Shown: positions 1 through 11,854 of the stretch, in pieces
How positions within the stretch are numbered: the stretch's first letter is position 1
Layout: each line of letters begins with the position of its first letter
Source of the DNA: Alphaproteobacteria bacterium
GTDB taxonomy: Bacteria > Pseudomonadota > Alphaproteobacteria > Bin95
Length of the DNA: 64,000 bases
Assembly (NCBI GenBank): GCA_963665325.3
Contig: CAXXWS020000003.1
Location: 1 to 64,000 of the forward strand
Direction: 5' to 3'
Made by a program: the position numbers and the translations under genes
Notes under the pieces: model-generated
What the model was told of the DNA's origin: nothing
The model's input: only the letters and a program-made list of their open reading frames with translations
Database searches by the model: none

Positions 1-1127
1 TCTCCGAGAGCTGAAGGTGGACGTGGCGTTTCCGTTTCTGCTTGAGCTTTACGACGACTACGTTCGCGGTCGTCTTCCGAAACTGGACCTTATCCAGTCT
101 GTTCGCTTGATCGAAGCCTACGTGTTCCGGCGAGCGGTGTGCTCTATACCTACCAACTCGCTCAATAAGACCTTTGCCACGTTTGGTCGTGCACTCAAGA
201 AGGACCGGTACGTCCCAGAGCATCCAGGCCCATCTACTCACCCTGCCGTCCTACAGACGCTTTCCAGGGGACGAGGAGTTCAAGCGTGAGCTGGCAGTGC
301 GCGACCTCTACAACTTCCCGCGTCGCAGCTACTGGCTGCGTCGCTTGGAAAATCATGAACGTAAAGAGCGGGTGCCGGTTGACGAATACACAATCGAACA
401 CATTATGCCGCAGAATGAGAACCTCTCAGCCGAGTGGCGAGCGGCACTGGGCTCCGAATGGCAGCAAGTGCAGGCTAGATGGTTGCATACGCTCGGGAAT
501 TTGACGCTGACTGGATACAACCCCGAGTACAGTGATCATGCTTTTGCAAGGAAGCGCGATATGACAGGTGGGTTGAAGGAGAGTCCACTGCGATTAAATG
601 AAGGCCTCGGTGGGCTGCAAGTCTGGAACGAAGATACTATCCAGGAGCGTGCTGAGCGATTGGCGACCAAAGCCGCGAAGGTCTGGGCACCACCGGCGCT
701 ACCGGCCGATATATTGGCGGATCTCCGCGCAAAGCCCGAGGCGCCGTCGAGTTACAGCCTCAACGATCATCCGCATCTAGCCCCGACCAGCCCCATGCAA
801 CCGGTGTTCGAGGCCTTCCGCAAGTCCGTATTGTCGCTTGATAGCTGCGTGAGCGAAGAGTTCTTGAAACTATACGTTGCCTACAAGGCTGAGACCAACT
901 TCGTGGACGTCGTGCCGCAACTGAGCCGCCTGCGGCTCTCTCTCAACCTGAAATTTCATGAACTACACGATCCCAAGGGACTGGCAAGAGACGTGACCAA
1001 CCTCGGCCGATGGGGTAACGGCGATGCAGAAATTGCACTGAGTACAGTCGAAGAGCTTCCGTACGTCATGGGACTCGTGCGCCAAGCTTTCGAGAAGCAA
1101 ATGGGAAATGGCGCCGTTGACGCATGA
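1..1127 (+). pseudogene. 3' part of a GmrSD-like (DUF262/DUF1524 HNH plus C-terminal DUF5655-like) type IV restriction protein, with a +1 frameshift near nt 213
   Basis: ORFs 17..289 (…IEAYVFRRAVCSIPTNSLNKTF…KDRY) and 174..1127 (SIQAHLL…TIEHIMPQ…LGNLTLT…N…; LYVAYKAETNFVDVVPQ…GRWGNGD) join into one protein if one C is removed from gtcccag. EHIxPQ and GNL are DUF1524 motifs. The 5' end lies outside the window. Confidence 0.8.
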
Positions 1128-1607
1128 TTGCTGGGACGGGCGAGATATGCGGCCTCGGGCGTATCGAGAGCCGAATTCGACAGGAAACGTCTACGTGGGC
1201 AGGTACTGCTTCTTGAGGTGCTTTAAGTCGCCCAGCGCGACCTTGATGGTGGCGTTATCCGCAGTATCGTCGTCGTGCTTGGCAGGGGTGATCGGGCTCC
1301 TTTTTGTGCGCAGTTTTCCGGGATGCAACGGGTCGACCGTGAGCAGCGGCTCCACCTTGGGTTCGACCTGCCCGAGGCTCTTGCCGTCTTAGTCGCTCAG
1401 CGCTGTGAAAATATTGTACAAATTTATTGCGTATCTATGAAGGAATGGAATGGGTGAAATTTCTGCAGAAGGTAGAATTTCTTGAATTAACACTGGAGAC
1501 CAAGGTGTTGGAGAAAGAACAGCAATTTGCTTGCTGGCCGCTGGTGGCGCGCGGTGCGACAGCAAATTATAGCGCAACAGGGCTTTATGGGGGAGGGTTC
1601 TGAGGAA

Positions 1608-2324
1608 CTATTCGTTCCACGACGCTGCGGTAAGCGGCAACTCATTCAGTTCAGCCCTGGCTTCTCGCCAGGTGGGGTAATGCTTGTTCATTAGCCCGAG
1701 GAACCGCTCGCTGTGCGTCGGATCCAAGAGGTGCAGCATCTCGTGGACCACCACGTATTCGAGCAGATCCTTGGGCTTTTTCACGAGCTCCGTATTGAGC
1801 CGTATGGTGCGGGCGCGGTGATTGCAGCTACCCCACTTCGTCTTCATTCGTTGCAGGAAGTAGCCGGACACCTCGACACCCAGCTTGGGCTCCCACCTTG
1901 GGATCAGTTCCCGAACGACCTCATGCAGAAGCGACTTGTGCCATTTGTGCATGACCGCTGCGCGTTTGACCTCGCCGCTGCCGGGACGCACTGTGAGCAT
2001 GATGGCGCGATGGCTTAGACGAATGGAGGGCTTCGCCTCTTCTTCCCTGACGGTCAAGAGGTAGCGCCGACCCCATAGGTAGTGGCTCTCGCGCTCGACG
2101 AATTGGCGCGCCGTCTCGCGCGCCTGTCCAAGCATCTTTATCCGCTCGTCCCGAATCCACCCGAGTCTGGAGATCGCGTACGCGCGGGCCACCGCACTAC
2201 GTGTCCCCTTCGGGGCGACGAGCGTCACACGCCCGCTCGGCGGATGCACCGACAGGTAGACGTGCTTGACGTTCTTGCGGGTGAGAGCAATGGCAATCTC
2301 GCCGAGCTGGATGGTCTCTTCCAT
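1608..2324 (-). CDS. M48/YgjP-like (DUF45) zinc metallopeptidase associated with type I R-M
   Basis: MKTKWGSC and YVVVHEMLHL (HExxH) motifs; overlaps the hsdR stop codon. Confidence 0.9.
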   Translation of the reverse strand: MEETIQLGEIAIALTRKNVKHVYLSVHPPSGRVTLVAPKGTRSAVARAYAISRLGWIRDERIKMLGQARETARQFVERESHYLWGRRYLLTVREEEAKPSIRLSHRAIMLTVRPGSGEVKRAAVMHKWHKSLLHEVVRELIPRWEPKLGVEVSGYFLQRMKTKWGSCNHRARTIRLNTELVKKPKDLLEYVVVHEMLHLLDPTHSERFLGLMNKHYPTWREARAELNELPLTAASWNE

Positions 2325-5300
2325 CAGTAACCCGGCTGATTCTTTAAGAGTTCGAACAATGCCAGCGTGGCCTCACGATTCCGGTCGAGCAGCGGAAACA
2401 GCGCGTTCAATACCTGCGCCTCGCGCGCGTGGTCTCCCTTCCATCCTGCTGGCGCCTGCTCGCGCATCGCGCGGTCGATCTCCAGCGACAACCTAAGACG
2501 CTCGTCCCCAAATTCGGCCGGCGCCTCGGCGAGTCCATCCGCTTGGGCGCGACCGGCGGCGAGAATCTCCGGCAAGTTGTTGTACACCACCGTCGCCTCC
2601 CGCCTGCCGTGAAGCGCGGCCGGCACGCCGTCGTCAAGCTGCCTGGCCATAAGCCGTTTCACGAGCGCCTCCGCCTTTCGGAGAAATTCCTCGTAGGCCG
2701 CCGCATCCTCGCGGCTCTGCTTGATGAGGTCGTCGAGCAGCTTCGACATCTGCTCGTAGAAGCGGGGATCGGTAAGCCGGTTGCGGACAATGGTCTTTCG
2801 GACATTGTTGACGATCCCTTCCGCAATCGCATTCCTGGAGAGTTTGCCCCTCTCGTTGAGCTTGCGTGCGATAGCGTTGTGGATGCCGGTCTCGACAATC
2901 GCTTCCATCAGCGACATCTCGCTCAGTTCACCGAGACTCTCGGAAGGGTCGGCCTGGACGTACGTGTTCAGCAGATGGCGCATGTCCGTCTCGTACGGCT
3001 TGATGTCCAGTTCCTCGCCGGAGTGCTTTTTGATGGCTGAACGGATCTCGCCGTAAAACTCGACTTCTTTCCCGATGGCGGTTGCCTCCGGGTCCGAGTA
3101 TCCCGCCTCTGTCAGGTCCTGCGCCATGGCCGCGAAGGCTCGTACATAGACAGCAACGGCCTTGTAGAACGAGATCCGCAGGGTCTCGGTCTCGTGCAGC
3201 GCATTCGGGTTCGCGGCGTCGCCGCAGAAATAGCGAAGGTACTGTTCGACTTCGCGGGGCATTCGGACCGGTTCGCAAAGGTAGCCCAGCTTTTCGCGGG
3301 CTTCGTCGAGCTTCTTTCTGCCCTCGCTCAGCCGGTCCTTGACGTGAACGTTGTTGTCGCCGCCATTACCCGCATCGGTGTCAAGCTCGTCCGAGCTGTA
3401 GACCGCCACCGCTTCCTGCACCTCGCCGAAAAGCTCCTTGAAATCGACGATATGGCCGTAATCCTTATCGTCGCCGTCGAGGCGGTTCGTGCGGCAGATG
3501 GCCTGGAACAAGTTATGGTCGCGCAGCTCATTATCGAGATAGATGTACGTACAGCTCGGAGCGTCGAAGCCAGTGAGCAGCTTGCCCACGACGATCAGCA
3601 GTTTCATCTGCGCCGGCTCTTCGATGAAACGGCGCTTGGCCTCCTCCTCGTACTGGTTGGCCGTCTGGCCGTCCTTGAGGACTTGCAGGGTGTAGGTGTC
3701 GAACTTATAGCGTTCGTTGCTGCCAGCCGGCTCGCGGGAAATCGCGTTATGGTTCGGCTCGTACGACGTGACGATCCCACAGTACGGACCGAAGCCCGTA
3801 TTCTGGAACAGCTGGTAGTAGTGGCAGGCATCGTAGATCGAGGCGGCAACCAGGATCGCCGTGCCACGGTCATTATTGAGTCGAGGTTTAAGACTGAAGT
3901 CCTCAATGATGTCGGCGATGATTCTCTGCTTACGCTCGGCAGAGCTCATCAGCTCTTCCATCGTCGCCCAGCGCTGGCGCAGCACCGCCTTCTGGAAGTT
4001 GTTCAGGCCCTTGGTCTTCTGCTCGAACCATCGGTCGATAGCGGCCTGCGAGGTCAGACGCTGCGGAACGTCGCGCGCCTCGTATTTGAGATCGAGGATG
4101 ACGCCGTCGGCCACTCCTTCATGGAACTTGTAGGTGTGGATGTAGGTTCCGAAGACATCCCGCGTCATCCGCCTGTCCTTGCGGAGGAGCGGCGTGCCGG
4201 TGAAGCCGACGAAGACCGCCCCTTCCAGCCAGCGCTTCATCTGGCGGTTCATGTCGCCGCCCTGAGTGCGGTGGCATTCGTCTACAAACACGTAGAAGCG
4301 CCCTGAGATCGGCGGCGGACTGCCCCTGAGGTCGGCCGCGTCGAACTTGTGGATCAGCGCACACAGGAGTCGGGGCATCGTCGCTCCAAGCTTCTCGACG
4401 AACTCAGCCCGCGACGTGATACGCGGAGAGGCTGCGTCCGGGCCAATCACCCCCGCGTTCCTCATTACTCCTTCGATCTGCTTGTCCAGTTCGTCGCGGT
4501 CAGTGACGACGAGGACGCGAGCGTCGGGGTCCTGCTCAAGAATCCACTTCGCAAGCAGCACCATCACGATGCTCTTCCCGCTACCCTGGGTGTGCCAGAT
4601 GACGCCGCCTTCGCGCTTTGCGATACGCGCCTGCGCGGCTTTCACGCCGAAGAACTGATGCGCCCGCGGCACCTTCTTTTGCCCGGCGTCGAAGATCATG
4701 AAATTCCGAATCAGATCGAGCAGCCGGGCCTTGTTGCACATCTGGGCCAGCGGCCGGTCGAGCAGTGCGCCCACAGTAGGCTCGGCAGCAGCCGGCGCCT
4801 CATCCTTCCATTCCACGAAGAACTGTTCCGGTGTGCCCGTCGTGCCGTAGCGGAGTCCTTGTGAATCGTTGCCGGCGAAGAGGAGTTGAGCCGTGCTGAA
4901 GAACGCCGTATTGAAGATTTCTTCCTGATTCGTGATGAGCTGCCGGACGCCGTCGCCGATTTCCACAGAGCTGCGTTTCAGTTCGATGACACCGACGGCG
5001 AGGCCGTTGAGATAAAGCACGATGTCCGGTCGCCGTTCGTAGCCGCTTGTCAACGTTACCTCTTCGGCCAGCGCGAAATCGTTTTTCTCCGGGTCCTCCC
5101 AGTCGACGATGTGCACGGTCTCGTGGGCCTGGCCAGCGGCAATCTGCACGGGTATGCCGTAGCGCAAGAGCCGGTAGGTGCGGAGGTTCGCCTGGTAGAG
5201 CGTAATGCCGGTTGAATCGGCGGCAGCCTCCAGCTTCTGGAGGGCTGCGGAAATGTAGGCGTCGGAATAGCCGCGGGACTTGAGGTTGTCGCGCAGGAGC

Positions 5301-5443
5301 GCCGTTTCGACCGCGCGGTTGTCTTCTCGTTTGCTCCAGTCGCCAAGATAGCGGTAGCCGAGGTTGTCAGACCGCGCCAGATCGCTGAACAGGGCGACGA
5401 CGCGGTTCTGCGTCTCGCGCTCCGGCCGCAGCTGCTCAGGCAT
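2324..5443 (-). CDS. hsdR: Type I restriction endonuclease subunit R
   Basis: 1039 aa; [19 protein letters not shown] nuclease motif, HTQGSGKS Walker [29 protein letters not shown]. Confidence 0.97.
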   Translation of the reverse strand: MPEQLRPERETQNRVVALFSDLARSDNLGYRYLGDWSKREDNRAVETALLRDNLKSRGYSDAYISAALQKLEAAADSTGITLYQANLRTYRLLRYGIPVQIAAGQAHETVHIVDWEDPEKNDFALAEEVTLTSGYERRPDIVLYLNGLAVGVIELKRSSVEIGDGVRQLITNQEEIFNTAFFSTAQLLFAGNDSQGLRYGTTGTPEQFFVEWKDEAPAAAEPTVGALLDRPLAQMCNKARLLDLIRNFMIFDAGQKKVPRAHQFFGVKAAQARIAKREGGVIWHTQGSGKSIVMVLLAKWILEQDPDARVLVVTDRDELDKQIEGVMRNAGVIGPDAASPRITSRAEFVEKLGATMPRLLCALIHKFDAADLRGSPPPISGRFYVFVDECHRTQGGDMNRQMKRWLEGAVFVGFTGTPLLRKDRRMTRDVFGTYIHTYKFHEGVADGVILDLKYEARDVPQRLTSQAAIDRWFEQKTKGLNNFQKAVLRQRWATMEELMSSAERKQRIIADIIEDFSLKPRLNNDRGTAILVAASIYDACHYYQLFQNTGFGPYCGIVTSYEPNHNAISREPAGSNERYKFDTYTLQVLKDGQTANQYEEEAKRRFIEEPAQMKLLIVVGKLLTGFDAPSCTYIYLDNELRDHNLFQAICRTNRLDGDDKDYGHIVDFKELFGEVQEAVAVYSSDELDTDAGNGGDNNVHVKDRLSEGRKKLDEAREKLGYLCEPVRMPREVEQYLRYFCGDAANPNALHETETLRISFYKAVAVYVRAFAAMAQDLTEAGYSDPEATAIGKEVEFYGEIRSAIKKHSGEELDIKPYETDMRHLLNTYVQADPSESLGELSEMSLMEAIVETGIHNAIARKLNERGKLSRNAIAEGIVNNVRKTIVRNRLTDPRFYEQMSKLLDDLIKQSREDAAAYEEFLRKAEALVKRLMARQLDDGVPAALHGRREATVVYNNLPEILAAGRAQADGLAEAPAEFGDERLRLSLEIDRAMREQAPAGWKGDHAREAQVLNALFPLLDRNREATLALFELLKNQPGY

Positions 5444-6602
5444 GAGCCGTCTGTGGCTCGACGAGCCGTGTCTTACCGGTGAGCAGCTCTTGCATCATCG
5501 CCTGCTTCAGGTCGTATGTCTTGTCGCGCCGCGCTTCCAAGGCGGCAATTTCGGCATTCATGTCGCAGAGGACGGTGGTGATCGCCGCTTGCTCACCAAC
5601 CGGAGGTAGGGGCATCTCGATACCCGCTATATGTGCACGGTTAGTTGCATAGACTTTGGTTCCTGAGGCGAGGCGACGAAGCTGGGCCACGAACAGTGGA
5701 CAGAACTGAAGAAAGCCCTTGAAACCGTCGGCGAGCACTTCTTTGTCGAAACGTGCTGCGATTGTGTGCAACCCCGACACGACCTCCGTACTGCAAACTT
5801 CTTTCACCTCCACCGACTTACCAACTCCGGCGACATCCTCCGATGCATCGGCAAAGATCAAATCGCCGTCTTGCAGGCGATCAAGCGATGCCGCTTTTGT
5901 GTCAGGCAAGCACGGGAGCAAAGCGACGGAAAGATAAGTGTCATTGCAAGCATGGATATCGCCATAGTGGAGATATCTTACAGTACCTTCTGGGAGAAGC
6001 TCAGCGCGTGAGTTCACACCGTTTCGTAGAAATTCAACATGATCACCCAGCCGTTGAATAACCCACTCGCCATCGAATCCAGGGAGGCGCGTCCGGCCCG
6101 TCAGGAGCTGCTGCATAGCGGCCAACTTTAGGTCCCGTTTTTTGGCGATAACCCGACTCAACCGGTCTAAGAGCGCGTCCACATCGCTTAACGCCGCCGC
6201 AATGACATGTTGCTCGAAGGGATTGGTAGGCAGTGACACCGTTTCAACATGAAGATCATTGCGGTTTACTCCTGGCACTCCGCTTTTTCCGCTGAAAGAA
6301 GCGAAGTCAAACCTCTGCAGGAGGTAGTAAATGAAACCCGGGTCGTTACTATGGAAGTCTCGGACGTAGAGCGTCGTGTTCAGCGGCCAGAACGGCTCAG
6401 TGATTAGGAAGAGCTCTCCAATTGTGCCGTATCGGCCCGTGACGACTCCGGGAGGATCGACCATTGCCACGTCGTGGAAGTCGGTAACGCCAGCCGAGCT
6501 GATGATCGGTATCTCTCCGGTTTTCCGAGCGTGATGTGGGAGATCGTAGCCACGTTGGAACGTCACCACTTGGCCTAGGGGCAGCGTAGCCCATGCGCTC
6601 AT
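5436..6602 (-). CDS. hsdS: Type I R-M specificity subunit S
   Basis: Two different TRDs, each followed by a conserved helix (EQ..I…L…D…K…K.A.MQ.LLTG.TRL). The ATG at 6602 overlaps the hsdM stop (ATGA). Confidence 0.95.
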   Translation of the reverse strand: MSAWATLPLGQVVTFQRGYDLPHHARKTGEIPIISSAGVTDFHDVAMVDPPGVVTGRYGTIGELFLITEPFWPLNTTLYVRDFHSNDPGFIYYLLQRFDFASFSGKSGVPGVNRNDLHVETVSLPTNPFEQHVIAAALSDVDALLDRLSRVIAKKRDLKLAAMQQLLTGRTRLPGFDGEWVIQRLGDHVEFLRNGVNSRAELLPEGTVRYLHYGDIHACNDTYLSVALLPCLPDTKAASLDRLQDGDLIFADASEDVAGVGKSVEVKEVCSTEVVSGLHTIAARFDKEVLADGFKGFLQFCPLFVAQLRRLASGTKVYATNRAHIAGIEMPLPPVGEQAAITTVLCDMNAEIAALEARRDKTYDLKQAMMQELLTGKTRLVEPQTAHA

Positions 6603-9076
6603 CGTGCGGCGCCCATCATCTTGAGGTGTTCTTCGACGCGAGCGGCGAGTGTATCCAAACCGTCGACGAGGTCTGGTAACGTCGTCCCGTAGCGCCCGGA
6701 TAGTTGGCAAATGCGGCCGTAGAGTGTCTGAGGGACGCGGCCGACCTCGCTGTGCACGGAGGCTGACAGGTGGACCATCCATTTGTCATCTACCACCAAC
6801 GTTCTGACCTCGGTCTCAGTGAGCTTCGGGTATTTCGCGTCGATCTTTCGGTCCAAATCCCATTGCGCAGCCTTGCGTTTCGAGTTGACGTCTGATTGCT
6901 GTTTTAGTAGGTCTGCGTACTGCTCGAGTGCTGCTCGTTCGTCGGCGTAAAGATAGTCAGAATTGATCTCCTTCAACCGCGCCTTTACAGCCCTCGCGGT
7001 GATCTTCTGTTTGTCGCCGTTGCCTTCGATCACCTCAGCCAGCAACCCGTCCTCGCCGCTATTCTCCTCGCGCAATTGGTCGAGCTGTTGCGCCAGCGCG
7101 ATAAGTCGTTCGTCCAGCGCTTCAAGTGCAGAGCGTTCGGCAACGAAGTAGCGGGCGATCAGAATCGACGCGGGGACGAGATCCGATTTGAAGCGCCGCT
7201 TGCCCTTCAGGTAATCGTGCTGTTCGGGCCAAGCGAGCTTACCATTCTTGCCTTTCACTTGGACGACTTCACGCGGCTCCGCCCCGTTCAGCCAGCCGTC
7301 GGCGGCGATCAGGTAAGCGTCGTCCTGCATTGATTCACCCCAGTAGTCCATCAGACGCTGGTAGACATCGTAGGCATCAAGCAACGGTGACTGCCGGAAC
7401 GCCGCCAACAAATCCTCCGCGATGGTCTCGATCAATTCCTTCGGGTGACCACCCTTGCCGAAGCCTGTGAGTCGCGGCGTGGTGGCCTCGCGCCAATCAC
7501 GAAAAACCTTCGCGGTCGTCTCCTGAAGACCGGTGAACTCGGGGTGCTCGAAGATCGCACGCTTCACCTCGGTGAGCGGCGGCTTCAGTCGCGCGTAACC
7601 GGGGCGACTGTCGCATTCGAAAAGGAAGCTGCGCACGTTCGGGAGCACCTGCCAGTACGCCCCAAGCGCGTCCACGTCGCGTTCCGGAATGCCGCCGTGC
7701 AGGTGGGCGTCGATGTCCTGCAGATCCTCGGGTTCGGTGCTGTCGATGTAGCGCGGCAGGTTGAGGTTGAAGCCGTTCTTCCGGTCGGCGATCTCCTCGA
7801 ATGGCACCATGCGGGCGAAGCGCGGTATTTCAACCTGCCGCATGAACGTATCGACGATCCTGTGAATGTCCTGTTCGCGCAGCCGGTTCTTGGGACCGTC
7901 CTTCCTGAAACCCCTGGAGGCGTCGATCATGAAGACGCCTCTGCGACCTGCAGCATTCTCCTTGTCGAGTACAATGATGCAGGCGGGGATGCCGGTGCCG
8001 AAAAAGAGGTTCGAGGGCAGTCCAATAATCCCCTTGAGGTAGCCGGAGCGGACAAGCTGCTCGCGGATCGTGGCTTCGGCATTGCCGCGGAACAGCACTC
8101 CGTGCGGCAGCACGCAGGCGGCCTTTCCCGTGCTCTGCATCGAACGGACGATGTGCAACAGGTACGCGTAGTCGCCCTGCTTGGCTGGCGGCTCGCCCCA
8201 GGTAAAGCGTTGGAACGGGTCGGTGGGCGGCGTGAGCCCGGTCGTCCAGGTCTTGTCAGAGAACGGCGGGTTGGCAACGACGTAGTCGTAGGTGCGGAGG
8301 CGCTCGCCGTCCTTGAACCTGGGTGCAGCCAGCGTGTTGCCCGCGACGATATTCGCCGTCGGAAAGTCGTGGAGGATCATGTTCATGCGGGCCAGACCCG
8401 CCGTGGTCACATCCTTCTCCTGCCCTTCGAGGGTAATCCGCTTGCCTGCCTGGGCGGCCACCTTGAGGAGCAGCGAGCCCGAGCCGCAGGTCGGGTCATA
8501 GGCGGTGGTGGATGCCTTCGTGTTCGCTGGCGAGATCCCGATTACCTGGGCGATGACACGGCTGACCTCGGCGGGCGTGTAGAATTGTCCCTTGCTCTTG
8601 CCGCTCTCGGTAGCGAAGTGGCGCATCAGGTACTCGTAGGCGTCGCCCAGGATGTCGTCGTGCTCGGCGCGGTTCTGCGAGAAGTCGAGTTCCGGTCTGT
8701 CGAAGATGCTGATCAGGTTTGTCAGCCGCTGTACCTTCTCGTCCCCTTCGCCGAGCTTGTTCGGGTCGTTGAAGTCGGGGAAATCGCTGCGCGCCAGGCG
8801 CGCGTTGGCCTGCACAAGCGGGGCGATGACCTGCGTATTGATTTTGTCGCCGATGTCGCTCTTGCCGCGCAGCTCGAGCATGTCCGAGAAGCTCGCGCCC
8901 GTGGGGATCGTTACGGGCGGGACGAGGTCGTTGCTGTCCCCGTACTTGTCGCTGATGTATTTGATGAACAGCAGGAACAGGACGTAGTCCTTGTACTGGC
9001 TCGCGTCCATCCCGCCGCGGAGTTCGTCGCAGGACTGCCAGAGAGAGGAGTAGAGGTCGGACTTCTTGATGGCCAT
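6599..9076 (-). CDS. hsdM: Type I R-M N6-adenine methyltransferase subunit M
   Basis: MAIKKSDLYSSLW…DELRGGMDASQYKDYV, GQFYTP, YDPTCGSGSLL, VANPPF motifs. Confidence 0.97.
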   Translation of the reverse strand: MAIKKSDLYSSLWQSCDELRGGMDASQYKDYVLFLLFIKYISDKYGDSNDLVPPVTIPTGASFSDMLELRGKSDIGDKINTQVIAPLVQANARLARSDFPDFNDPNKLGEGDEKVQRLTNLISIFDRPELDFSQNRAEHDDILGDAYEYLMRHFATESGKSKGQFYTPAEVSRVIAQVIGISPANTKASTTAYDPTCGSGSLLLKVAAQAGKRITLEGQEKDVTTAGLARMNMILHDFPTANIVAGNTLAAPRFKDGERLRTYDYVVANPPFSDKTWTTGLTPPTDPFQRFTWGEPPAKQGDYAYLLHIVRSMQSTGKAACVLPHGVLFRGNAEATIREQLVRSGYLKGIIGLPSNLFFGTGIPACIIVLDKENAAGRRGVFMIDASRGFRKDGPKNRLREQDIHRIVDTFMRQVEIPRFARMVPFEEIADRKNGFNLNLPRYIDSTEPEDLQDIDAHLHGGIPERDVDALGAYWQVLPNVRSFLFECDSRPGYARLKPPLTEVKRAIFEHPEFTGLQETTAKVFRDWREATTPRLTGFGKGGHPKELIETIAEDLLAAFRQSPLLDAYDVYQRLMDYWGESMQDDAYLIAADGWLNGAEPREVVQVKGKNGKLAWPEQHDYLKGKRRFKSDLVPASILIARYFVAERSALEALDERLIALAQQLDQLREENSGEDGLLAEVIEGNGDKQKITARAVKARLKEINSDYLYADERAALEQYADLLKQQSDVNSKRKAAQWDLDRKIDAKYPKLTETEVRTLVVDDKWMVHLSASVHSEVGRVPQTLYGRICQLSGRYGTTLPDLVDGLDTLAARVEEHLKMMGAAR

Positions 9077-9279
9077 TACTGTCGTTGACCCCTCGAATTC
9101 AGGCCCGCATCGTCGGCGAGGTGATCGACGCCGACCGGCATTATCGCCCAAAGGGGCGGTCTCGGTGATAGACGAATGATGTCCGCGTGTTGCCCATAGC
9201 TCAAGTGGCGGGGTGGCAGCCGCAAACCGCGCCGGCCTTGTATCGAGCCGGCCAACGCTCAGACAGGCCGTGGTGGCTT

Positions 9280-9510
9280 GATTGGGCTCCCGACCACCAG
9301 CGGCGCGAACTCTACCGCCGTCTGCACCGCCGACAGAACAAGACGTCCAACCCGTGCCAGGCGACGCCAGCCCGTCATTTGCGTCTCATGGACGTCAGAT
9401 CTTCGCGCAAGGTCGCCCCCGCCGCAAGCGTCTCCGCTACGATCCGCGCCTTCGAGTCGGCCGACCAGACACGACGACCGCCCCGCGATGGCAGCACTTC
9501 AATGCCGGAC
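9280..9510 (-). pseudogene. IS66-family TnpA (orf1) remnant
   Basis: Minus strand reads IEVLPSRGGRRVWSADSKARIVAETLAAGAT…, then after a break WRRLARVGRLVLSAVQTAVEFAPLVV, typical of IS66 accessory HTH proteins. Confidence 0.65.
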
Positions 9511-9679
9511 GCTGGAGGCGAATCTCGGCTTGCGGTATCTCGGGGAGAGGACAAAGTGGGCTTTGGGGAATGCGGATTGCTACGAGGTCGGGAATGAGCG
9601 GACGGGCGGCGCTGACGGGGAAGAGGGAAATGGCGTGTCCGGAGGTCACGGCACCTCCCGGTAAGACGGGGATCGGCTA

Positions 9680-10054
9680 ATGCTACGCGAGGGCTTCAAA
9701 CACGGGTTCTCAGAAGATCAATGGTCCGCGGCGAAGGAAGAGGCACGGCAGGCCATGATCGCTGTTGCGCGGTCCAAGAGCGTGATCGCCTACTCAGACT
9801 TGGTTCGGAAGATCACGAGCTGCATTCTGGAGCCAAATGGGACTCATCTAGCTCACATGCTTGGCCAAATCTCGTCGGAAGAGGACGAAGACGGCCGGGG
9901 ATTGCTCACTGTCGTGGTAGTGCACAAGACGGGCGATTTGAAACCGGGAACCGGATTCTTCCAGCTGGCCCGGTCACGTGGACGGCAAATAGTGGATGAG
10001 GAGCAATTTTGGATCGAGGAATTGCGCAATGTCTACGACGCTTGGTCCACATAG
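9680..10054 (+). CDS. Small hypothetical protein, possibly winged-helix-like
   Basis: 124 aa with protein-like composition: IAYSDLV…LAHMLGQIS…GRGLLTVVVVHK…PGTGFF. Confidence 0.75.
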   Translation: MLREGFKHGFSEDQWSAAKEEARQAMIAVARSKSVIAYSDLVRKITSCILEPNGTHLAHMLGQISSEEDEDGRGLLTVVVVHKTGDLKPGTGFFQLARSRGRQIVDEEQFWIEELRNVYDAWST

Positions 10055-10456
10055 GGCGACGCGAGAAAACGATGGGCGAGTCGTCGCCGCAATGTACGGT
10101 GGCACCAGTTCCCGTCTGACAAACTTGTGCGTCGGTCGTAAACTCATTGGTTGGCGCTCAAGGATGAGACAGGTAGGGAGCCGGGGGCGCTCCGAATTGC
10201 GACGAAAGGGTCATGAAGGGCCAGTCGTGGTCAGCAGTTGAAATTCACCCGCTTACGGCACGAAGACCGGGTGTGGGCCGGCGGCAAATGCACTGTCATA
10301 ACTTGCTGAATAAGCTGGGCTTTTCATGCCCTGGCCAGAGTTGCCGCGAATCCTGACGGATTCACATAAAACACGGATTTGCCAGCGGGACGGCTCCAGT
10401 TTCGGCGACGGGGGCGAATGAGGGTCTCGCCGAGCCGACCCGGAGCCCTGGCCGGA

Positions 10457-11854
10457 TTATGGCGGCCGCCTCCTCATCGACAGTTCGTGTTCGAACCGGC
10501 GGCCGGGCCACGCGACGGCATCGGCATGTTGAGGCAACGGAGCGGGATCGGGAGGTTCCTGGCGGAGGCTGAGAAGATCGCGGCCGAGCGGTCGGGGATC
10601 GGCGCAGTGGAAACGGGATTCGGCGCCATCGCCGCCCAGGAGGCGGCGGAGGGCCTGGCCCCGGCGCGCGCCCCGATCCGGGAGACCGCAAACCGGGAGC
10701 ACGGCCGATGCCGGCGCCGGCGGGGACCGTCGCGCGGCGGGTCCGTCCCGCCCCTGCAGGCGGGCGAGATGCGCGGCGGCGCCGCGCGACGCCAGGAGGC
10801 GCTCGCCGTAGCGGGTCGCCATGTCGGGGCTCTTCCAGCGCCCGGCCTGCTGGATCGCCGGCAGCTTCATATCGTGTGCGACCATGTCTTGCGCCGCGCC
10901 CACGCGGGTGCTGTGCCCGGAGAGGCGGTCGGCCAGGCCGGCCTCGATCCCGGCCTGCCTCGCCATGGTCTTGTAGATGCGCGGGATCTGGCTCGGGTCG
11001 AGCGCCTCGCCCAACCGCCCGCGGCAGAGCGAACGGAACAGCCGCCCGTCGGCAATGCCGCTCCACTCCAGCCACTCGGCCAGCAGCGCCATGCTGTCGG
11101 GCGCGACGTAGAGCACGGCGCCTTCGCCCTCGGCGTCGGTCTTGGAGTTGCGCACCAGCACGGTGCCCGCGCCGGTCGTCCCGTCGACCTCGAGGTCACA
11201 CACCCTGAGCGCGGCAAGTTCCGAGCGGCGAAGCATGGTGTCGTAGGCGACGGCCAGGAGGGCGCGGTTGCGGATGTCGATCGGGCGGTCTCCGGTTGCC
11301 TCGGCCAGTCTTTGCCTGAGCGGCCAGGTGAGGCCGGGCGCCTGCGCCTGGCGGCGTCCCCTGTCGCGGTGCGTGCGCTTCAGCGCGAGCTTGACCTCCG
11401 GGCTCCGCGGCGCCTCCGGGCTGCCGGCCGCCCGGTGTGCCATCGCGATGCTGGCGACGTAGCGGCGCGCCGTGGCCGGCGCGCGCGTCGCCGCCATCGG
11501 GTCCACGAAGGCGACGATCGTGTCGGGCGCGGCCGGCAGCGCCTCTCTCCCTTCTTCGGCGCACCATGCCCTGTAGATGCGCATATCGGCCTTCAGCGCG
11601 CGCCCGGTATTGGCGCTGAACGCGCCGGCGGCGGCCTCTATCCAGACATCGGGCAGTTCCCCGGCCGCGGCGCTGCGGTCCTCGCCGGCGGCCTCGGGGG
11701 GCGGCGCCGGGTGCGCGAGAGGCACCGGCGGGCAGTCGGAGCACCGGTCATGGGAAAGGACGGCATGCGGGGACTGCCGTGGGCGCCGGGCGTCGGTGGG
11801 CTGCACCCCCGGGGCTGCTGTCCATGGCAGGCGAAGACGAAACATTCCAGGCAA
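10457..11854 (-). CDS. Cre-like tyrosine recombinase (SAM-like N-domain plus catalytic domain); true start uncertain, probably near 11720-11750
   Basis: FSANTGRALKAD…Y..WC; RNRALLAVAYDTMLRRSEL (R), NSKTD (K), SGHSTRVG (HxxR), GRWKS (W), ATRY (Y). Confidence 0.85.
   Translation of the reverse strand: MPGMFRLRLPWTAAPGVQPTDARRPRQSPHAVLSHDRCSDCPPVPLAHPAPPPEAAGEDRSAAAGELPDVWIEAAAGAFSANTGRALKADMRIYRAWCAEEGREALPAAPDTIVAFVDPMAATRAPATARRYVASIAMAHRAAGSPEAPRSPEVKLALKRTHRDRGRRQAQAPGLTWPLRQRLAEATGDRPIDIRNRALLAVAYDTMLRRSELAALRVCDLEVDGTTGAGTVLVRNSKTDAEGEGAVLYVAPDSMALLAEWLEWSGIADGRLFRSLCRGRLGEALDPSQIPRIYKTMARQAGIEAGLADRLSGHSTRVGAAQDMVAHDMKLPAIQQAGRWKSPDMATRYGERLLASRGAAAHLARLQGRDGPAARRSPPAPASAVLPVCGLPDRGARRGQALRRLLGGDGAESRFHCADPRPLGRDLLSLRQEPPDPAPLPQHADAVAWPGRRFEHELSMRRRPP

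Noticed and set aside
1130-1600. Possible minus-strand gene remnant between the GmrSD-like and M48 genes
   Set aside because: Interrupted by stops, and no family could be recognised.
5436-6602. hsdS shufflon driven by the nearby recombinases
   Set aside because: Only one hsdS; no silent TRD copies or flanking inverted repeats were seen.
9661-10256. IS66-like ends (GTAAGACGGG / CCCGCTTAC) around the 124-aa gene
   Set aside because: The match is short and gapped, with no 8-bp target duplication.
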